A DNA stretch of 51,907 nt. Source: Candidatus Wolframiiraptor gerlachensis. Its GTDB lineage: Archaea > Thermoproteota > Nitrososphaeria_A > Caldarchaeales > Wolframiiraptoraceae. Positions 47,928 through 51,907 of the stretch are shown piece after piece. The notes beneath the pieces were generated by a model. That model was not told the origin of the DNA, searched no databases, and was given only the letters and a program-made list of their open reading frames with translations. The number at the start of each line of letters is the position of its first letter. Position 1 is the first letter of the stretch. The translations under genes and the position numbers were made by a program. The stretch spans positions 1 through 51,907 of the forward strand of contig JAJPCT020000002.1 of NCBI GenBank assembly GCA_021323375.2, read 5' to 3'.

Positions 47928-48779
47928 CTAGAGCCTCTCCTTCAGGTATAGCTCCTTTAGCTTGGCCATGTTTGTTGCGAAGTTCCCGCGAGAGTCGACA
48001 GGGGTCTCGAGTATCAGTGGAAGGGGCCTGATTACGGGGTGATGGAATAGCTCGAAGAAGCCGCCCTCCCCTATCTTCCCCATCCCGAGGTGCTCATGCC
48101 TATCTATCCCGCTCCCCAAATCCCCCCTAGAGTCATTTACATGGACTACCTTAAGCCTATCAAGGCCTATTATCTCGTCGAATCTCTTCAGCGTCTCATC
48201 TATCGCCTCCCTAGTCCTGAGATCATACCCGGCTGCAAATGCATGACACGTATCAAGGCATACCCCAACTCTATCCTCATCCTTGATCAAGTCGAGTATG
48301 CTTCTAATGTTCTCGAATGTTGAGCCGACGCTATTCCTTTGCCCGGCCATATTCTCGAGAAGGAGCATGACATCGTTCTCGACCTTTGAGAGAGCCGTGT
48401 TCACGGCCTCAGCAGCCTGCTTTATCCCAACATCAACTCCCTTACCCATATGACTCCCAACATGGACAACGAGATACTGGAGGCCGAGCTCGCCGGATCT
48501 CTTGAGCTCTTGGATGAGGGATTTCGTGGATCTCTTATGAGACGTCTTATCCGGGGATGAGATATTCGGCAGATATGGCATATGTGCTACCGCGATCCTG
48601 AATCCCCTCTCCTCAAACTTTCTCCTAAACTCCTCAACCTCCTTCTTCGTGAGGGGCTTAGCCTCCCAGCCCCTCGGATTCCTCGTGAAGATCTGGAAGG
48701 TTGTGCATCCGAGCTCGACAGCCCTATCAACAGCCTTATCAATCGAGCCCGAGATCGAGACATGCGCTCCCAGAAGCAT
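47928..48779 (-). CDS. nfo: Endonuclease IV
   Basis: GAHVSISG, HMPYL, ENMAG, DTCH, HVNDS, DRHEH, ETP. Confidence 0.95.
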   Translation of the reverse strand: MLLGAHVSISGSIDKAVDRAVELGCTTFQIFTRNPRGWEAKPLTKKEVEEFRRKFEERGFRIAVAHMPYLPNISSPDKTSHKRSTKSLIQELKRSGELGLQYLVVHVGSHMGKGVDVGIKQAAEAVNTALSKVENDVMLLLENMAGQRNSVGSTFENIRSILDLIKDEDRVGVCLDTCHAFAAGYDLRTREAIDETLKRFDEIIGLDRLKVVHVNDSRGDLGSGIDRHEHLGMGKIGEGGFFELFHHPVIRPLPLILETPVDSRGNFATNMAKLKELYLKERL

Positions 48780-48826
48780 CCACTAGAACTTCTCTAATCC
48801 AGCCTTAAATCTTTATGACCGCATCA

Positions 48827-49045
48827 TCAATCAGCCTCCGAGGCCTTCTTGAACTCGACGCCCTCACCACGCTTCAATTTTAGGAGAAAGCTTCTTGCCT
48901 TCTCCAAATCCCTGCTCGAGAAGAGTATCGAGTCCGGCTCGGGAGACCATGAGAGCCCGCAGCCGAAGCACCTCACAGACCTCGAGGCCGTGGTCAGCTG
49001 GAGGAAACCGCATCTAGGGCATTTAACAACCTTATACACCCTCAA
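48827..49045 (-). CDS. Small Zn-ribbon protein (DUF1922-like)
   Basis: VVKCPRCG..RCFGCG..EKAR. Confidence 0.7.
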   Translation of the reverse strand: MRVYKVVKCPRCGFLQLTTASRSVRCFGCGLSWSPEPDSILFSSRDLEKARSFLLKLKRGEGVEFKKASEAD

Positions 49046-49160
49046 CCTGACAGGAGATCATGTAGGCCGGATATATCAACTATCATGTAGGCGGATCTGG
49101 CGATCCTGCCTAAAGCCAGATTACGTTTAAAATAAACCCCTGAAGCATATAATATCTAGA

Positions 49161-49300
49161 AGCCCGGTAGTCTAGCGGCCAATCCAGCTGGTCAGACCGC
49201 ATGGGGCCAGGGATCCCGGGCTTTGGATCAATGGCCGCTGAGAGGGCGGGTCGTGGGAAGAGACCCGGGGACCTGGGTTCGAATCCCAGCCGGGCTACCA
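49161..49300 (+). tRNA. tRNA-Gln(TTG) with two introns (21/22: 49183-49210; 37/38: 49227-49262), CCA encoded
   Basis: Acceptor AGCCCGG/CCGGGCT-A-CCA, anticodon TTG 49223-49225, T-arm CTGGG-TTCGAAT-CCCAG; BHB helices GGCC/GGCC and CTTT/GAAG. Confidence 0.9.
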
Positions 49301-49376
49301 TCCCTCCTACTCTCCCTCCGAGAAATAGAGAATACTTTTATTCAGAAGAGCCTTAAGGCTTGGATGATGGGATAGA

Positions 49377-49775
49377 ATGCGTGTTGAGGATGAGGTTAAG
49401 CGCTTGATGGAGATTGATGATGACCTGAGCAGGTTGAAGCTTGATGTCATTAGGGTTCTCGCAATCTTTAATGGGGTTTCATGGGTAAGCGAGATAATCC
49501 CCGATCTCATCAAGCTTCGCGGCGGGGTCTTTGAGTATCCGCTCAGGGAGGATCTCTTAGATAAGGCCATTCGAGAACTCGAGTCCGATGAGATAATCCT
49601 CGTCGAGCCGAGGATGAGAGGGATGCCGTTCTCAAGGCAGGTTTACGAGGATAAGCTGGTGAAGTTAAGAGACCTCCAAGCCGCTAGAAGAACTCTCTCA
49701 AGAGACCCTGTCTACGGGAGCTACGTATATAGACAGATGGAGCTGATAAGGCGCGCACTAGAAGATCATGTGTGA
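49377..49775 (+). CDS. Hypothetical protein (possible winged helix)
   Basis: 132-aa ORF with host-like codon usage; LDKAIRELESDEII pattern. Confidence 0.6.
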   Translation: MRVEDEVKRLMEIDDDLSRLKLDVIRVLAIFNGVSWVSEIIPDLIKLRGGVFEYPLREDLLDKAIRELESDEIILVEPRMRGMPFSRQVYEDKLVKLRDLQAARRTLSRDPVYGSYVYRQMELIRRALEDHV

Positions 49776-50124
49776 AATGCTAAGAAGAATCAAGAGATCT
49801 AATATGTTGTGAGGTCATGATCGAGGAGGATCATTCATGTGATAAGGAAGAGTGAATGTAAAAAATCTCCGGAAAGCTAATTGACACAGGGCTTACGGAG
49901 CTGTCTAGTGACATCAAAGACCAACCGCGTGGACTATTACCATCCTATGTGGGCACTCCCCAATCTCATAGATATCGCATTCGAGCAGAACCCAACGCGG
50001 GTCAGGAAGACTTGGGAATCGCCGTAGAAGCAGGAATATTACCCTCGACCCGTGTTCCTGGAGATCTACTAAGTTGCAAGCCCAATAGCTATAAGAGTCC
50101 TCATTATTTTCTTCAAATTTTTTC

Positions 50125-50318
50125 TCAGGATCTTATCCTCCCGATGACCCTAATCTCCACCGGGAACCCCTTATATGATGATGGGATCTTACTTTTGTCC
50201 TTCTCCCCCTCAACATAGAATATTATCTTCCCATCTGCATGACTTATCCCGACAACCCCCTCAAGCGGCAAAACTCCTTCACAGCCTGTGAAACGGCCTC
50301 CTCGATAGGGGTGGACAT
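50125..50318 (-). pseudogene. Small protein, frameshifted at a T4 run (50270-50273)
   Basis: ATG 50318 reads MSTPIEEAVSQAVKEF; continues LPLEGVVGISHADGKIIFYVEG..IPSSYKGFPVEIRVIGRIRS in another frame. Confidence 0.55.
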
Positions 50319-50405
50319 TAACCTCACATATCATGGCAGCTAGGCTCCTCATATTCCTTAGTCTGGCTGGCTTATTAGCGGGTGGTAGGGAGGTGGAAAG
50401 GCTTG

Positions 50406-50460
50406 AAAGAGGTTTTGCTTGTTGAGAAAACACGAGATGGTATGTGATCTATGCGGCAAC
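50406..50460 (+). repeat. Degenerate copy of the 17..316 gene core
   Basis: About 44/55 identical to 131-184 by manual alignment, including a 16-nt exact TATGTGATCTATGCGG; +1 frameshift. Confidence 0.8.
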
Positions 50461-50577
50461 CTCATGGTTTTGATGAGGGAAGGGCTGGGGGGTCAAAAGG
50501 GTCAGAGGGGTGTTTTTGTATGGGTTATAGTTGCAAAAATTTAAATTGAAGCTTAAACGTGATTCGGCCGAACGGTC

Positions 50578-50901
50578 ATGGAGTATATCTATGCCGCCTT
50601 GCTCCTTCATAAGGCTGGTCAGCAGATTACAGAGGAGAATGTGAAGAAGGTTCTCTCTGCTGCTGGGATAAACCCTGATGAGGCTAGGGTTAAGGCTCTC
50701 GTTGCAGCCCTCTCCGAGATCAATATAGACGAGGTGTTGAAAAGCGCGACTGCGATGCCGTTTGCGCCGGTGGCCGCTGCGGCGGCAGCCCCAGCCGCGC
50801 CTCAGGAGAAGCCAGAGGCAAAGGAAGAGAAGAAGAAAGAGGAGGAGGAGAGGAAGGCCGAGGAGGAGGCTCTGGCAGGGCTGAGCGCTCTCTTCGGATA
50901 A
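50578..50901 (+). CDS. rpl12: 50S ribosomal stalk protein P1/L12
   Basis: [11 protein letters not shown], Ala-rich hinge, C-terminal GLSALFG. Confidence 0.97.
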   Translation: MEYIYAALLLHKAGQQITEENVKKVLSAAGINPDEARVKALVAALSEINIDEVLKSATAMPFAPVAAAAAAPAAPQEKPEAKEEKKKEEEERKAEEEALAGLSALFG

Positions 50902-50991
50902 GGCTTCACAGTGCTGAGCAAACCATTTATTACCACCTCTTATCTGAGAAAAGGCTTAGAGATACTGGCCGTAGCAGTCTTGGTGGGAAGC

Positions 50992-51510
50992 TTGAGGTTC
51001 GGGCCAGAGGAATATTCTCTAAACTTCCTGAGGGAGCGTGGTTATATCAGGAGGCGTTGCATCAGCTGTGGCGAATATTTCTGGACGCTAAGCCCGGATA
51101 GGGAGGTCTGCGGCGAGTCTCCTTGCGAGCCATACCGCTTCGTCGGCAAGAGCCTGACTAGGCGCAGGATGAGCCTTCGCGAGGTTCGAGAAGCATTCCT
51201 CAGATTCTTCGAGAGGAGGGGCCATACTATAATCGCGCCGTATCCCGTTGTTGCCCGCTGGAGATCTGACCTATTCCTGACGGATGCAAGCATAGTTGAC
51301 TTCCAGCCATATGTCACGTCCGGGATCGCTCCTCCGCCAGCGAACCCCCTCGTCATAAGCCAGCCATGCATAAGGCTCGTCGACATAGATAAGGTTGGGC
51401 TAACCTTCGGAAGACATCTTACAATATTCGAGATGGGGGGCGCCCACGCCTTCAACTACCCCGACAAGGAGGTTTACTGGAAGGAGGAAACCGTCCAATA
51501 TTATTGTTGA
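50992..51510 (+). pseudogene. alaS: Alanine--tRNA ligase, N-terminal fragment only
   Basis: Zn module [55 protein letters not shown], then an abrupt stop and unrelated sequence. Confidence 0.85.
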
Positions 51511-51907
51511 GGGGTTGAGGATCTTGGAGGGGAAGAAGGGGATTATTGTCGAGGGGATCGTCTTGGGGGAGGTGCTTGAGCTGAGATGAGGAACAATGTG
51601 AGATCAAGTATAATGCGGATAAGGGTAATGGAGTAGAGAGAATGGAGGTGTGTAGGAGGATTTATTCGGGGAGGATGGGGATGGACTCGGAGAAGATGAA
51701 TACTCTAATTATGACGAGAAGGCTGCCGAAGGGGGAGCTTGATCTGTCATGGTCTATTGAGCTAGGTGAATTAGAGAATATCATAGAAAGATATGTGTCA
51801 GGAGGGCTATCAACGAAATACTAGACTATGTTAGGGCTATTGCGCTAGATGTTCTGTCGAGAAAGCAATAGGGAGGATGAGGAAGATGGAGCTAGAATGA
51901 TTGTCTT
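51500..51907 (+). other. Purine-rich foreign or decayed sequence abutting alaS
   Basis: Short broken ORFs; internal repeat ATTATTGT(T/C)GAGGGG at 51500 and 51542. Confidence 0.45.

Noticed and set aside
51508-51580. Selenocysteine or readthrough rescue of alaS at the TGA
   Set aside because: None of the downstream frames resembles AlaRS
1-51907. CRISPR array, rRNA genes, inteins in cdc48, lig, fen or valS
   Set aside because: No regularly spaced repeats, no rRNA signatures, and protein lengths are normal for their families

Overview
Archaeal housekeeping region, probably from a thermophilic Nitrososphaeria/Aigarchaeota-like genome (inferred from the HIGAAAHY-type ValRS and the gene content). 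It encodes tRNA processing (thpR, cca, trm5), aminoacyl-tRNA synthetases (asnS, valS, a truncated alaS), translation and transcription genes (rps28e, rpl24e, ndk, eif2g, rpoE1, spt4, rpl34e, ef1b, rpl12), DNA repair (lig, ogg, ogt, fen, nfo), cdc48, NAD and thiamine salvage, and a Liv-type ABC transporter. There are two intron-containing tRNAs: Pro-GGG, and Gln-TTG with two introns. Accessory parts are an AT-richer island (GpgS-TrkA_N-MscS-HAD operon plus a DUF134/DUF5320/NifX/TauE module with paired operators), a methyltransferase::D-Ala-D-Ala-ligase-like fusion, and a solo tnpB with a candidate omegaRNA. Several features fall outside the ORF track: a 59-aa histone-H1-like basic protein (net about +23), a 33-aa poly-Glu/Trp peptide (net about -24) 1.9 kb away, a 43-aa CxC/H-H zinc finger and a box C/D sRNA. 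A dispersed, decaying CxxC gene family appears in three copies. alaS is cut off by foreign sequence at the window end. No CRISPR array or rRNA was seen.
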